A DNA stretch of 64,000 nucleotides from a virus, in the IMG/VR virus record IMGVR_UViG_3300046167_000883, positions 49,712 to 113,711 of that record; one strand, 5' to 3'. The position numbers and the translations under genes were made by a program. Below the pieces are notes generated by a model, which saw nothing but the letters and a program-made list of their open reading frames with translations, did not search any database and was not told the DNA's origin. This document shows positions 39,184-50,057 of the stretch, one piece after another; position 1 is the first letter of the stretch, and the number at the start of each line of letters is the position of its first letter.

Positions 39184-39291
39184 AACGTGTTTTTTAAAAG
39201 TTAAGTTGGGCTTTTATGCGCTTACCCAACAGGTGATGAAAAATAACCATAGATCACACAAAACTACGACGCAATACCTTAGAGAAAAGTT

Positions 39292-40256
39292 TTAAGCGGT
39301 GTGCCGTTTAGCGAAAGAAATAAAATCGTGAGCTAAATTTTCAATATGTTCCCATACATATTCTGGATCCCAACCCTCAAAATGTTGCCATTGATTTTCG
39401 TCAATGAATTTTAACAGTTCTTCTTCTGTCATATCTTGCCAATCAACAGGATATTCATCAGCGAGGAAGTGAGCGGATGCTCGGATAAACGCTTCGTTTT
39501 CAATAGTCATAATTTTATAGGTCTTGGTTGAGGCGATCTAAGTCGCCAATTTTATTGTTTTCGGTTGGTGAATAATCGGTTGATTTGATAACGCCGCAAA
39601 TTGAGGCGGTATAAATTTCATCTAAATCTAGAAGAGCTTCGTATTCTTTTTGAGCTTCCTCAAGTGTTTCAAAGGTTGTCCAGTTTGAATCTTCAAAGAA
39701 ACTACCATCTGGACGGTATTGTCTTACTGAATAAACTACGATATACATTTTTTTGTTTAGTCTAGTGATGTCTGATCCAAGCTATTTTTATATTCTTTTA
39801 AGCTAAGTGTTTCGGTTTCGGTTTGAACGACAACTTCATATTCTTTGCCTGTCATAGCTTTCATTTGACGCTTACAATCCTTAGCGTAAACCAACGCTTG
39901 TGGAAGTGATACGTCATAGAAGTTTTGTTCTTCACGAGTTTCTTTTTCTACTACTTTGTAGATTGCCATTTTTTTTAATTTTTTAATAATTTATGTTTTA
40001 GTTGTTTTTTTTGTAGGGAGCGGGTAGATGTCTTCGCTACCCGCCCCCACGCTTTTGTTTGTTAGTTTAACTCGACTGCATCTACGAAATCCAACGAGTT
40101 TGCTTCTGGTGGAATTTCATGAACCATGGAGAAGTAATCTTCAAAGCAAGCAAGAGCATCTTCCAGTTGTTCTGTAGGGTTGCCTTGGATACCATGCGTT
40201 GCATCATATTCCATGTGTCCGTGCGAGTTTGTTAGTGTAATTCTAAGATGTTTCAT
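39292..40256 (-). other. four small hypothetical ORFs (39292..39510, 39515..39748, 39757..39969, 40062..40256)
   Basis: co-oriented, closely spaced acidic ORFs. Confidence 0.65.
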
Positions 40257-40316
40257 TGTCGTAACTAAATAGCCAAATTAAATAAATACAAAAGAAAGTC
40301 AATGTATAAATAACCA

Positions 40317-41162
40317 CTACTCTTCATCAGACCCTCCCATATCATCATCATAATCTTCTTCGGTGTTACCATCGGTGTAAACACCATAGAAGGGTTTGTC
40401 GAGTTCTGAATCGTTGGCGATTTCAATTTCCTCAAGAATCTCATACTTGGAGACACGGAGCTTTTGGCAAGAACAATCTTCTGGAACGCTCACAGCATCA
40501 GCAGGATTGAAGCGAACCATCAGAAGTTTACCATCACCAGATGCCCAACTTTGAGCGTAGTCAAACGAACCAACGTGCAGACCGTGTGAACAGTTGTTGC
40601 GACGATCGTCGTCAACACAACGGCGTTGGACTTCGATTGTATCGCCAACACGATTGAGAATTTGACCACGCTCATTGACCTCACCTTGCAACACGGTTGT
40701 TTGAGTGTTGCCAGACTTTGACCAGCCATCGGAAGCTACACCCTTGTAGCCAATCACCCAACCATCTTCATCAATCGGTAGAGACTTATAAGACAAGAAA
40801 TCATACAATTCATCTACGCTGGACTTGCTTGGGTTGTCCAACAAATTTTTAATAAATTTAATAAAAGGTGCGGAATGAGACATTCCTGCTTGGAGAAGTT
40901 CCAAGAGCTTGTCAACTACTGCGCCATGCAGACGCTCGCTGTAATAATATACAGCACCATTATCAACACGCAATTCGCCATCGCTCCAATTTGTGATTGT
41001 GGTCTTGATGTCGAGATAACTGATAGCGGTTTCAAAGTCGCCCTGCACCAACGCTTTTTTGAATGGCGTAAAGTTTGGCTGACTGCTCGACAAAGTGTAT
41101 GGCTTACCTTCGTAGATAAGAGTCGCACTTTGGTCGGATACGATATATGGATAATTTTCCAT
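40317..41162 (-). CDS. rIIB: T4 rIIB-like protein
   Basis: L..NPS..SV.ELY.FL....LPI..DG..IGYK.V...VDDD....CS.GLHVGS..YA...NP.D.VSVP.D....KLRVSKY. Confidence 0.85.
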   Translation of the reverse strand: MENYPYIVSDQSATLIYEGKPYTLSSSQPNFTPFKKALVQGDFETAISYLDIKTTITNWSDGELRVDNGAVYYYSERLHGAVVDKLLELLQAGMSHSAPFIKFIKNLLDNPSKSSVDELYDFLSYKSLPIDEDGWVIGYKGVASDGWSKSGNTQTTVLQGEVNERGQILNRVGDTIEVQRRCVDDDRRNNCSHGLHVGSFDYAQSWASGDGKLLMVRFNPADAVSVPEDCSCQKLRVSKYEILEEIEIANDSELDKPFYGVYTDGNTEEDYDDDMGGSDEE

Positions 41163-41307
41163 TTGATTTTTCCTTTTGTCTTGGTTCTAGTTTTAGTTAA
41201 AGTTTATGCTAAGAATAATAGCTTTAAAGTGAAGTTTGTCAATACCTTTTTTGAGAAAATTTGCCTCGCCACAAGCTACCACCCTTGCGACGAGGACTTA
41301 TCTATGA

Positions 41308-43317
41308 CTACCAGTTAGTGAGGTAATTCACTAAATCGTTTCTTGTTTCTCCGTCAAAAATGGAGCGACCAACGTGTTTCACCATGGGATAAGCGGATAA
41401 GAAATCTTCTTTTACTTTAGTTTCTTTGGAGATGTCAACAGGGACATCGCTAAGTGTGATCTTTGGACGCTTGGTTGTAGATTTTAGCTCTTCATACTCT
41501 TTCAAAAGTTTTTTAAAATTTAAAATAATTTTTTTGGATGGTGCTTTTTCTAAAACCTTAATGATTTCGCCACTTTCCCAACCAAGAAGTAAATCTGTCA
41601 GAGCATCTTTTCTTTTTTGCGCTTTATGAATAGGAGATTTACTAATCCAATCTTTTCTGACTTCATCTATACGAACCCAATTAGACTTCTTCTCAATCTT
41701 GTTGAGAGCTTTTTTGCGAACGCCATACACTTTTTCGAGCTTTGGATTGATTTCTTGCAACGCTCTTAATTCTGTAGAGATGTGATGTGGATGAATCAAA
41801 TCACCAGACAGAGACTCAATTTTGTTAGAGTTGTAAACATAATAGTAATGTGTTTTATCGTCTGATAATTCTTCTTTTACTTCCTGCCAAAAATCAGACA
41901 TCCGCATCCAATACTTACCTTCGGACGTAAACTCAAGAATATCACCCTTTTTAACTTCATTTGAACGAGCCTTTTGACCCTTACGAGAAACTACTTTACG
42001 CTCACATTCCGAAAGAAATTTTACGTTAGGGCTTTGCATAGCCTTAGCTCGCTTTAAATCTTCGTCATTTAAATTAGAGATAAGATAAGCCTCTTGATCT
42101 TGCTCTAAGAAGGATAGGCGATTGAAAGGCGCACGAGGGCTTGGGTTGTCATCAATAATAAAAAAGCGATTTTTCTTCGGTGAACCTCTATAGTTCCAAA
42201 TAGATTGAACTTTTCTTTTTCCAAGGTTGCCGCTTCGATTTTTGACAATTTGCTCGTAGGTTGAATTGCGATCATAAGTAATAACCTCTGAACCCACTTT
42301 GAAACCCTTCCACTTTACGTCATTGATTTTAAGCCCCAACATTTGTGAAACATTTGCAAGTTTTTTGCTATAAAACTCTGTCGCTTCGTAAAGTGTTTTG
42401 GATTTACTCAATTCTCGATCAGACTCTTGCTCAAAAGAATTTTTGATTTTATCTGATGCTTCAACAAGAGCCTCAACAGTTTTGTCATTGTATTCCAAAG
42501 CCTCACGACTATGGTGCAACTTAAACTCACCAATTTTTGCTTTGTATACAACGCCACTTTTGAGGTGAGGGTATTTTTCACTAGTGGTGACAGGATAAAG
42601 AATACCGCCCATTAAAACGTGACAGAATTTTTTTATCCTTGTGGTTTCATATTGATGATAACCATCAGCAGTATATATATCGAACACATCGGTCGAAAAG
42701 GTAGGTGGCGTTTTATCAAACTCATCGTTTAGGAGTTTAATTTTTTCTGAGAGATACTGCGAGAAATTTTTAAATTTTGAATTAAAATCTTCAACGTCTT
42801 TGTTTTGAACAGGTACTTGTACATAGATACCATTGTCTTCTTGCGTAGACTCAGAAAACATTTTCGATACAACTGTATCATCGTTCTCATCGACGCGAAT
42901 TGTGTAAGCAGTCTTTTGACCATCACATACAGACATAACAATAAAAGAATCTGTATATGATAAAGGTGCGAAACGACCAATACCAAAGCCACCAATAACG
43001 TTGTTGGAATCGCGCTTGGTTGACTTACCATACTTGGTATAAAGACCCATCATATCTTCTTCGCTCAAACCGCAGCCATAATCTCTTACGATAAAGGTTG
43101 GCTCAAGTTTTGTAGGAAGTTGAACCTCAACCTTGCGTCCGTTGCTTACGTCAATACCGTTCGCAATAATCTCACGGATGGTTGCGAGGATTGTATCAGA
43201 ATAGTTGTTACGCAATAGGCTTGCGATGTAACGCATATCTTCTGCATCAATAGAGCAGGATGCGGATTGAATGTTGCCAGAAGTTTGGACTTTTTGTTTG
43301 GTAGTTTCGATAATCAT
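41308..43317 (-). CDS. rIIA: T4 rIIA-like protein (GHKL/Hsp90-like ATPase N-terminus)
   Basis: YSD.....IREIIANG.D, VRDYGCGL, YGKSTKRDSN..IGGFGIG; upstream of rIIB; start set by promoter geometry. Confidence 0.85.
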   Translation of the reverse strand: MIIETTKQKVQTSGNIQSASCSIDAEDMRYIASLLRNNYSDTILATIREIIANGIDVSNGRKVEVQLPTKLEPTFIVRDYGCGLSEEDMMGLYTKYGKSTKRDSNNVIGGFGIGRFAPLSYTDSFIVMSVCDGQKTAYTIRVDENDDTVVSKMFSESTQEDNGIYVQVPVQNKDVEDFNSKFKNFSQYLSEKIKLLNDEFDKTPPTFSTDVFDIYTADGYHQYETTRIKKFCHVLMGGILYPVTTSEKYPHLKSGVVYKAKIGEFKLHHSREALEYNDKTVEALVEASDKIKNSFEQESDRELSKSKTLYEATEFYSKKLANVSQMLGLKINDVKWKGFKVGSEVITYDRNSTYEQIVKNRSGNLGKRKVQSIWNYRGSPKKNRFFIIDDNPSPRAPFNRLSFLEQDQEAYLISNLNDEDLKRAKAMQSPNVKFLSECERKVVSRKGQKARSNEVKKGDILEFTSEGKYWMRMSDFWQEVKEELSDDKTHYYYVYNSNKIESLSGDLIHPHHISTELRALQEINPKLEKVYGVRKKALNKIEKKSNWVRIDEVRKDWISKSPIHKAQKRKDALTDLLLGWESGEIIKVLEKAPSKKIILNFKKLLKEYEELKSTTKRPKITLSDVPVDISKETKVKEDFLSAYPMVKHVGRSIFDGETRNDLVNYLTNW

Positions 43318-43393
43318 GCCCCACATAATGACTACACCTTTGAAAAAGTCAAGCTCTTTACGCAAAAAAAGAGGTCACAATTTGTGACCCCTT

Positions 43394-43420
43394 CGTAAGT
43401 CGTTGAAAAACAACAACCTA
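43394..43420. repeat. solitary copy of the palindrome unit
   Basis: CGTAAGTCGTTGAAAAACAACAACCTA just upstream of the rIIA promoter. Confidence 0.6.
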
Positions 43421-43579
43421 TGAAACAAAAAAAATTTTGTTTACTTGCCTACAATCTTCTTTGCGAAGGAAATAACAGACTCTACAACGCGAGTGTTGTT
43501 TCTACCGACAAGAATACCTGCGACAAAACCAATCAATAAAGTAACGATAGTTTCCATTTTTTTTAAAAAATTAAATAAA

Positions 43580-43897
43580 TTAAGAGCCGCTCTTTTTTGG
43601 AGCGCGTTTACGGGTTGCCGTCTTTTTCTTGGCAGCCTTCTTCTTGGGTGCTTTACCACCTTCCCACGCCTCGTTTTGAGGTGTGCTTGGATCGTCTCCT
43701 ACGAACTTACCCTTCTTCCTAGCTCTCTTCGGCTTGGAGGGTGATGATGTCTTATTTGCCTTGGTAGGCTTCGGCGACGATTTTTGCATCTTCTTCTGCA
43801 TAAAAACAAGAAGAACAGCGATGCCCACAATATATGTGAGCGGATGAGTTAGCAAACCTTCTAGAAAGGATGCTTCAGTAATAATTACTTGTTCCAT
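43580..43897 (-). CDS. membrane-anchored Lys-rich protein
   Basis: one TM segment, RARKKGKFVGDDPSTPQNEAW motif, histone-like KKKAAKKK tail. Confidence 0.7.
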   Translation of the reverse strand: MEQVIITEASFLEGLLTHPLTYIVGIAVLLVFMQKKMQKSSPKPTKANKTSSPSKPKRARKKGKFVGDDPSTPQNEAWEGGKAPKKKAAKKKTATRKRAPKKSGS

Positions 43898-43937
43898 AGT
43901 ATATACTTATTTGCTTTTTTATTTATTTGCGAGCGAT

Positions 43938-44213
43938 TTATTCGGATTCAGAATCCCTATGTCTGTCTGTGATATGACGCTCTTGTATTAGAATCTTCAA
44001 CTTCATGTTAAGTCTAATCATATCTTTGTCTAGTGTTTGTATTTGCTTCTTCAGCTTTCCCAATGAAGCACCTACATCACCCAATGCAGGATTAACTTTT
44101 GTTGTAACCCACTTCCAGATGTGCCACACAAAAAATCCTAAGCCGACCAATGCGATCAGCGAAAAACCGAATTTGGTAACTACATCCTGCCCAATGTTGA
44201 AATTCATGTCCAC
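43938..44213 (-). CDS. single-TM coiled-coil protein
   Basis: FGFSLIALVGLGFFVWHIWKW...IQTLDKDMIRLN; paralog of next gene. Confidence 0.7.
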   Translation of the reverse strand: MDMNFNIGQDVVTKFGFSLIALVGLGFFVWHIWKWVTTKVNPALGDVGASLGKLKKQIQTLDKDMIRLNMKLKILIQERHITDRHRDSESE

Positions 44214-44261
44214 TCATAATGTTTTATTTGCCTTATTATAAATTGTAAAGTGATTTTTCAA

Positions 44262-44546
44262 CTAATCGTCTCTACAATCTTCTTTTCCTTCACTAGCTGC
44301 GATTCTATTGATATTTGGCTCACAGCCAAAAGCGCACGAAAATTGTGCGTCGATCTTAACAATGTCATTGTTCATAACATCTATTTGATTCTCTAGGGAA
44401 AGCAATGCTCCAGCAATTCCAGAAATCCTATCTGTGACTTGGGCTAACAAAAATTTTAAAATAATAAACAAAAACCAACCAACAGTTAATGCTGCCGTGA
44501 TTGGAATGCCGACTTGCTCTACGAAATTTAATATATCTCCTACCAT
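44262..44546 (-). CDS. single-TM coiled-coil protein
   Basis: VGIPITAALTVGWFLFIILKF...IDVMNNDIVKID; GTGTAA 10 nt upstream. Confidence 0.7.
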   Translation of the reverse strand: MVGDILNFVEQVGIPITAALTVGWFLFIILKFLLAQVTDRISGIAGALLSLENQIDVMNNDIVKIDAQFSCAFGCEPNINRIAASEGKEDCRDD

Positions 44547-44566
44547 GATATATTATTTACACTTAT

Positions 44567-45052
44567 TTAACCTTTTCTGCCCCCAGGAGTGAAGTAGAAG
44601 CCGATGATCGCCCCCAAAGTGGTGATTGCGACCAAAGAGATGTGTCCTGTGGTAATACTTGTTGTAATGTCTGCCCCACTTGGGAATTTGATGAGTCCCC
44701 AGAATAAATTGACTGCTTCTTTGTTTTCTGGAGGGGTAAAGGTGACAAGGGTTGTGTTTGGATACAGGGTGCAGAGGACTGAGATGACGAAAAAGTTGAG
44801 CATCCCCATAAAAGCAATAAGACGACGAGTAGCCCTAGTGAACATGCCAGTATCTTTATCGGTTTCGCCGACCAGCATCTTCTGAAAATCCGTGTCCATT
44901 TCACGGATCTGCATATCCCTAATAAGCTCTCTGCGTTCTTTCGCAGCTTTAGCCTCTGAAACGCCTTGAAAAACACCACCAACGATCTTAAGCATACTGC
45001 CCATGCCAGTCGCCCCCAATGTCGATAGTAGCATCGTGATAAGTCCAAACAT
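44567..45052 (-). CDS. membrane protein, holin candidate
   Basis: amphipathic N-terminus, TRRLIA + TM, C-terminal TM ending IIGFYF; GTGTAA 8 nt upstream. Confidence 0.55.
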   Translation of the reverse strand: MFGLITMLLSTLGATGMGSMLKIVGGVFQGVSEAKAAKERRELIRDMQIREMDTDFQKMLVGETDKDTGMFTRATRRLIAFMGMLNFFVISVLCTLYPNTTLVTFTPPENKEAVNLFWGLIKFPSGADITTSITTGHISLVAITTLGAIIGFYFTPGGRKG

Positions 45053-45060
45053 ATCATATA

Positions 45061-45318
45061 TTACACTTTATTTGGCTCGATTGGAGTGAATTTCAAGCCC
45101 ATCCTACCTACATTGCTTTCTTCATCCGCGCACCAACCCTCATATTCAATGTGATTTTCTGCGTGAATTGTCCTATATATTTGGTAAAAAAGTTTTTCTT
45201 CACCCAACATAAGACAATGATGATCCTTGTCTACCGACAACAGAGAACCTTCTCCTTCAAAGTCTTTAAACTTATCTAGAGTTTGGTTAGTTCCTAGTAC
45301 TTTTATTTGTCCTTTCAT
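45061..45318 (-). CDS. hypothetical protein
   Basis: 85 aa, GTGTAA 9 nt upstream. Confidence 0.65.
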   Translation of the reverse strand: MKGQIKVLGTNQTLDKFKDFEGEGSLLSVDKDHHCLMLGEEKLFYQIYRTIHAENHIEYEGWCADEESNVGRMGLKFTPIEPNKV

Positions 45319-45349
45319 GTTTCGATTTTACACTTTTCTAGCTATATTC

Positions 45350-45949
45350 TTAATCTTTATAAGAATATAACCTTTCTTTTGCTAGGCTAGATAAATCTAG
45401 ACCAATTATTTTTTTTATATCTTCTATTGTTTTTCGCCAATTATCAAAATCTCCTACATAGTCGAAATGTCCATTAGCTACAATATTTTCTCTTATATTA
45501 TAAATTTCATCATTAATAATTTTATTTATTTTTTTATTTTTTACATGCGATTCAAATTCATCATATCTAAAATTAGACAATGGGCGAATTAATTCATGTA
45601 ATTTGAGATTATATGTATCGTGTTTGCTTAAAAAACCAAATTTTCGAGATCCGTAGTGTTTTGTGGCGCAAAAAAATTCTTGCAAAACTCTTTTTTCTGG
45701 CAATTTAATTGTGAACCAAAAATCGTCATTTTGTTTTTTTATTTTAGCTTCATTAAAAATACCGTATAAAAAATCACATCTTTTAAATTCGTGATTATTT
45801 GGTGTCAGACGTAATGGATTTTCATTTAAATTGATTGTTTTTTTAAATTCAAAAACTTCATGTATAAATTTAGATTCTGGAAATTGGTCTGAAACCAATT
45901 CGATGATTTTGGGATAAATTCTACACGGAGTTAATTGAAATACAATCAT
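45350..45949 (-). CDS. hypothetical protein (weak resemblance to sulfotransferase C-terminus)
   Basis: 199 aa, very AT-rich; FDYVGDFDNW...I..IIG. Confidence 0.5.
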   Translation of the reverse strand: MIVFQLTPCRIYPKIIELVSDQFPESKFIHEVFEFKKTINLNENPLRLTPNNHEFKRCDFLYGIFNEAKIKKQNDDFWFTIKLPEKRVLQEFFCATKHYGSRKFGFLSKHDTYNLKLHELIRPLSNFRYDEFESHVKNKKINKIINDEIYNIRENIVANGHFDYVGDFDNWRKTIEDIKKIIGLDLSSLAKERLYSYKD

Positions 45950-46435
45950 TTATTTTTTCCATATTTGGTGCGGCATCTCTAGGATGTCCGACATCTTGAC
46001 AATCGAAATTAAATCCTTTCGACCTTCACGTTGGTATCCTTTGTATAACGCATCTTTACTATTTGCTACTTTGTTCTTCAAATCGCATTTGACTTGACAC
46101 ATACCTAACAAATAATTTCGTTTGATTAAAACAAAATCTTTATCGCGCTCAAATGCAATGATGTCGGTTTGACCACGAAGCCAGCCTTCACGACCTTGGA
46201 CATTGAGAAACTCAACCCACACTAATTCATCTTGTTCATTTTGATCTGAACGATTGATACGCTTTTTAGCTTTTACATCAATGGTTCCAAAATTACTAAA
46301 GTAATCAATATGGCGGAATTGTTCCTCTCTATTTGCCTTGCGGTAGTTCGGATCTCGTTGACGGAGAAGTGGAGCGAACGCTTTTTCAATACGTTGTCCA
46401 CGATTCCAACTATTACTATTTTTCCATTTACTCAT
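45950..46435 (-). CDS. PD-(D/E)XK-type endonuclease
   Basis: G...E..F...HIDYF.....IDVKAKK...WVEF.NV.G..GW. Confidence 0.65.
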   Translation of the reverse strand: MSKWKNSNSWNRGQRIEKAFAPLLRQRDPNYRKANREEQFRHIDYFSNFGTIDVKAKKRINRSDQNEQDELVWVEFLNVQGREGWLRGQTDIIAFERDKDFVLIKRNYLLGMCQVKCDLKNKVANSKDALYKGYQREGRKDLISIVKMSDILEMPHQIWKK

Positions 46436-46718
46436 CTACAATAACTTCTTCACCTTCCTCTACAGCAGAATACATGATACCTGCCTCGTACATATTTTCA
46501 ATGATCTCCTCATAGAGTTGTTCAGCAAGATCACCTTCCACCTCTTCTCCCGCAAAATATCGCCTATCTTTATCATAGTAATATAGTGTTACATCATCAC
46601 CATTATCATCTTGATTCATAATAATGACATATTTGCTTCCATCATATTCAACGGGTACATTCCAAATAACTTTGGTGTATGTTATAATTGCGTCTCTGAG
46701 TACTTTGATTTTTTTCAT
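46428..46718 (-). CDS. hypothetical acidic protein
   Basis: 96-aa ORF in a packed operon. Confidence 0.65.
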   Translation of the reverse strand: MKKIKVLRDAIITYTKVIWNVPVEYDGSKYVIIMNQDDNGDDVTLYYYDKDRRYFAGEEVEGDLAEQLYEEIIENMYEAGIMYSAVEEGEEVIVDE

Positions 46719-46719
46719 A

Positions 46720-47067
46720 TTATTTGTCCTTTACGAATAAACCATTCACCATCTTGCCTGTCCGACCCTTGATGACATTATATGCAGAGTCAAGACACTT
46801 ATTTGAATCAAGTCCAACCATTTTTGAAAGAATAATAATAGTGACGAGCATATCACCAATACCATCTTCCACCTCCGCTAAAGCTTGAGACCTTGCAATC
46901 TGTTTATCTGGATTACCCTCTGCGGCTTTTAGCGCAATCAGAGCCTCGCGTGTTTCATCGAGTTCTTCTTGCGTCTTTATAAGTTGTGTTAGTGGTGTAG
47001 CTTTATCGAGAATACCTTTCTCTTTTGCCCACTCAATTACTTTTTGTTCTAGCTCTTCGTATTTCAT
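46720..47067 (-). CDS. MazG-like nucleotide pyrophosphohydrolase
   Basis: WA..KGI......Q..K..EE..E...DGIGDMLVTII...CL..AY..IK.RTGKMVNG.FVK. Confidence 0.85.
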   Translation of the reverse strand: MKYEELEQKVIEWAKEKGILDKATPLTQLIKTQEELDETREALIALKAAEGNPDKQIARSQALAEVEDGIGDMLVTIIILSKMVGLDSNKCLDSAYNVIKGRTGKMVNGLFVKDK

Positions 47068-47068
47068 A

Positions 47069-47674
47069 TTATAAATTTTCTAAATGATCCTTCCAACATT
47101 CTTCGATTAATTCTTTGTCTTCAAATTTTTCGCTTGTTTCGTGCCACTCTAGGTTAATCCATCCAACCTTGGCACAATAACCCTTACCCCTTGTATCTAC
47201 ACAACTATCGTCAGCTTCTAGCTTTTTACCATCATAGTATAAATCTTGAATAAATTCACCCACATCTGTTTCTACAACAGTGATCGCGAGAAGTTTGGGG
47301 TCAAAATTTTCTGTTTCTAATTCCCAGTTGCAAAAAATACCCTTTTCTGCGCTATGAAAAAGTAATACTGGCACATATCCTTCGTGACCACATTCCATCA
47401 TATAAGCCTCACGACCCATAATGCAGCTTGCTTGTATATCACCTTCAATCTCTTCTTCGTCTCCATCTTTAATTTCATAAACAGTAAGAGCAGAATCAGA
47501 ATACATTGCAAAGCCGTGTTCTAAATCAGCGTCATCGTAAAAGGTATCTTGCACTTCTTCAATCAAATCATGCTCATCCGCGTCTTGCCACTCTTCTACA
47601 AAATCCGCACTTTTTGTGCAGATCGCATATTCGCCGCCGTATCCAGCAGCAACAATTTTGAATTTTCTTTTCAT
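47069..47674 (-). CDS. hypothetical acidic protein
   Basis: 201 aa, GYGGE and SAEKG motifs. Confidence 0.7.
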   Translation of the reverse strand: MKRKFKIVAAGYGGEYAICTKSADFVEEWQDADEHDLIEEVQDTFYDDADLEHGFAMYSDSALTVYEIKDGDEEEIEGDIQASCIMGREAYMMECGHEGYVPVLLFHSAEKGIFCNWELETENFDPKLLAITVVETDVGEFIQDLYYDGKKLEADDSCVDTRGKGYCAKVGWINLEWHETSEKFEDKELIEECWKDHLENL

Positions 47675-47827
47675 ATTATTTTATATTTAAAAACTGTTTA
47701 ACATGTTTATCTTTTATTTGAGATTTGTCAACCCCAAAATAAACTTCTAGGTAATATTTTGGAATTAATTTCCGCCCACCATCAGATAGTTGCACCATGA
47801 TGTTTTCTTTTCCGTAAAATATTTTCA

Positions 47828-49003
47828 TTAAAGTTCTTCTGTGATTGATTCAAGTTTCTCTCGTATAGCGGTCATCTCCGATAACTCTTCCATCATACAA
47901 TCAACGATAACATCAGTCTTCTCGTGTACGTGAAGTTGAACGCCTTCAACTATAGGTTGATAGTCAAGGGTGAAATATTCCCCTTCTAATACGAATGATT
48001 CGTCTCCAAGTTCAATCAACTTAAAACCAAATAATTCCGAATTTGCCGCCTGTAATGCTTTTTTATATATTGTTTCCATAATTTATTATTCCCATTCTGC
48101 TCCGATATATTCACTAAAGGTTTTCTGAAAACCGAGACAATCCTTTTCATTACCATTAAAGATATAATCAAAGAGCCAATCCTTTGCGCTATCTTCTTCT
48201 ATACCTTTGATCCACTCGTTCTCTTTACACTCTTGCCAAAGAGCTTCAAACTTCTGATCTTGAACTTCAGATAATTGTTGAATAAAGCTTCCAACATCAA
48301 ATGCTTTATCATCCAAATCTGCTTTAACCGTGATTCCTTCATTTACCTTCATAAGTTTATATCCTTCCTTTGTTGAAATTAGTTAGTTTTATTATCTTTT
48401 TCCATTCTATAAATTCTGTTCTCAGCATAAGCAATCATACCATCAATATAACCATAATGCTGCTTTACTACTTCCTCTGGTATACCTTCTTGCTCATACT
48501 CCAAACGATAATAAAACCGTAGTTTATTAAACTTCGACTTCACTTGTTCTGCTACTACTTGTGGGAATTTAATTGGCCCTCCAAATCCTAGTGTATTCAT
48601 TGTGTAGGCGAAATTGGTCATAGCATCGCACAGTTCGTCAATGATTGGAAGCCACCTTTGAGGTACTTCAAGGCCCCAACACATACAAGTTTCAGTCATT
48701 GGTTTATCTTTATCTCCAAAGATTTTTGGATATTTTTCAAATATTTCTTTTTGTGATATCATATTGTTAGTTTGTAAGCTCCTTCTTTTGATTCACAATC
48801 TCCTTGTTATCAGAGAGAAATTGCTTTGCCTCTACCCATTCGTCAAATTGAGCCGTCCTGCCATTGCTTGTGGTTGCGTGGAAAAGTTTTGCAGTCCAGC
48901 AGTCCCCTACGTGGCACTCTCCCATCGCATACACGACATTCGGAGGTATCTCTACAAGCTCCACTTCGATCTTGGAGCCGTCTTTGTATTCGTAAGTCTT
49001 CAT
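47828..49003 (-). other. four hypothetical ORFs (47828..48079, 48086..48352, 48379..48762, 48767..49003)
   Basis: co-oriented, closely spaced ORFs. Confidence 0.65.
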
Positions 49004-49015
49004 AGTTGTTTAACA

Positions 49016-49399
49016 TCAGAGTTCCGTTAGCTTGTATTTTTTACCGTCTACCTCAATGACTTTACCGTCGCAGGATTAGCTACGTGGTGTTCCTTCTTTG
49101 TTACCCTTACTGTCCTCGAAGTAAGTCTCGTTACCATTGTCATCGTATTCATACCTAAACCAGTCGCCATCGCTGTCCTCGAAGTAAGTTTCTTTACCGT
49201 TGTCATCGCATTCACGCTTATACCAGTAGTCATCGCTATCCTCAAAGTAAGTCTCATCACCATTGGCATCGTATTCTGATTTACTCCAGTAGCCATCGCT
49301 GTCCTCGTAGTAAGTCCGATTACCTTTGGCATCGTTAATCTCAATAGGAAAAGTGAAATCGATCCCTAGTTCTTTATATGTGTCACTTAGTTTTTTCAT
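49016..49399 (-). CDS. 22-aa repeat protein (ETYFEDSDGxWxxxEYDxNGN) with an in-frame TAA at 49076-49078
   Basis: about four 66-nt repeats; the frame continues past TAA as SCDGKVIEVDGKKYKLTEL. Confidence 0.65.
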
Positions 49400-49842
49400 T
49401 ATTCTTTTCTCCACGTTCATTCCATTCCCAATCTTTACGATACTTAGCGACTACTTCAACTAAATTGTCCCATTCATCCCAGTCTAAAGCAAGACTACGA
49501 CCATCATTCGTTTCGTCGTCGCCAACAATTTTCAAATACGATCCTGCGGCCTCATCATCGGGTCCTACTTTAATTGTATTGTAAATCGGATGCCAATCGG
49601 CACGATCTGATTTGATACTTACTTGTGTTATCACTTCTTTATTCATATTGAGTTTCGTTTGGTTTGTCTTCATATTCATATTCTTCTGCTTTTTCATATA
49701 TTGCTCGTTTTACTGAGTCATATTGATAACCAGCACACAGCATTAGTTGACGTATATAATCGAGGAATTCGATAGCAGAAAGATCATCGCCTTCTGTTTC
49801 AATAGAGATTTTATCTCTGTGTTGTTCTAATGTTATTTTCAT
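49383..49842 (-). other. two small hypothetical ORFs (49383..49697, 49639..49842)
   Basis: ORF track; co-oriented with neighbours. Confidence 0.55.
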
Positions 49843-50057
49843 TTTGATATTAGTTCAATTAAAGCAACTATTGATATAGCTACCAACAAAAAACTTCCGA
49901 CTATTTCTAATTCAATCATACTCCAAATATATCACAGTTCTGTTATTTTGTAAAGAAGAAACGCCCCAGCGGAGGCCATCCCGCTGCTCCCTGTTGTTTC
50001 AGGTGAGTAACCGTCACTGCTCGTATGCAGGAGAGGATATAGGACAAGATGTTCATA

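Noticed and set aside
44563-45057. 164-aa alternative-frame ORF overlapping 44567..45052 as an embedded spanin-like gene
   Set aside because: No lipobox or clear topology; GTGTAA spacing (8 nt) supports the 45052 start instead
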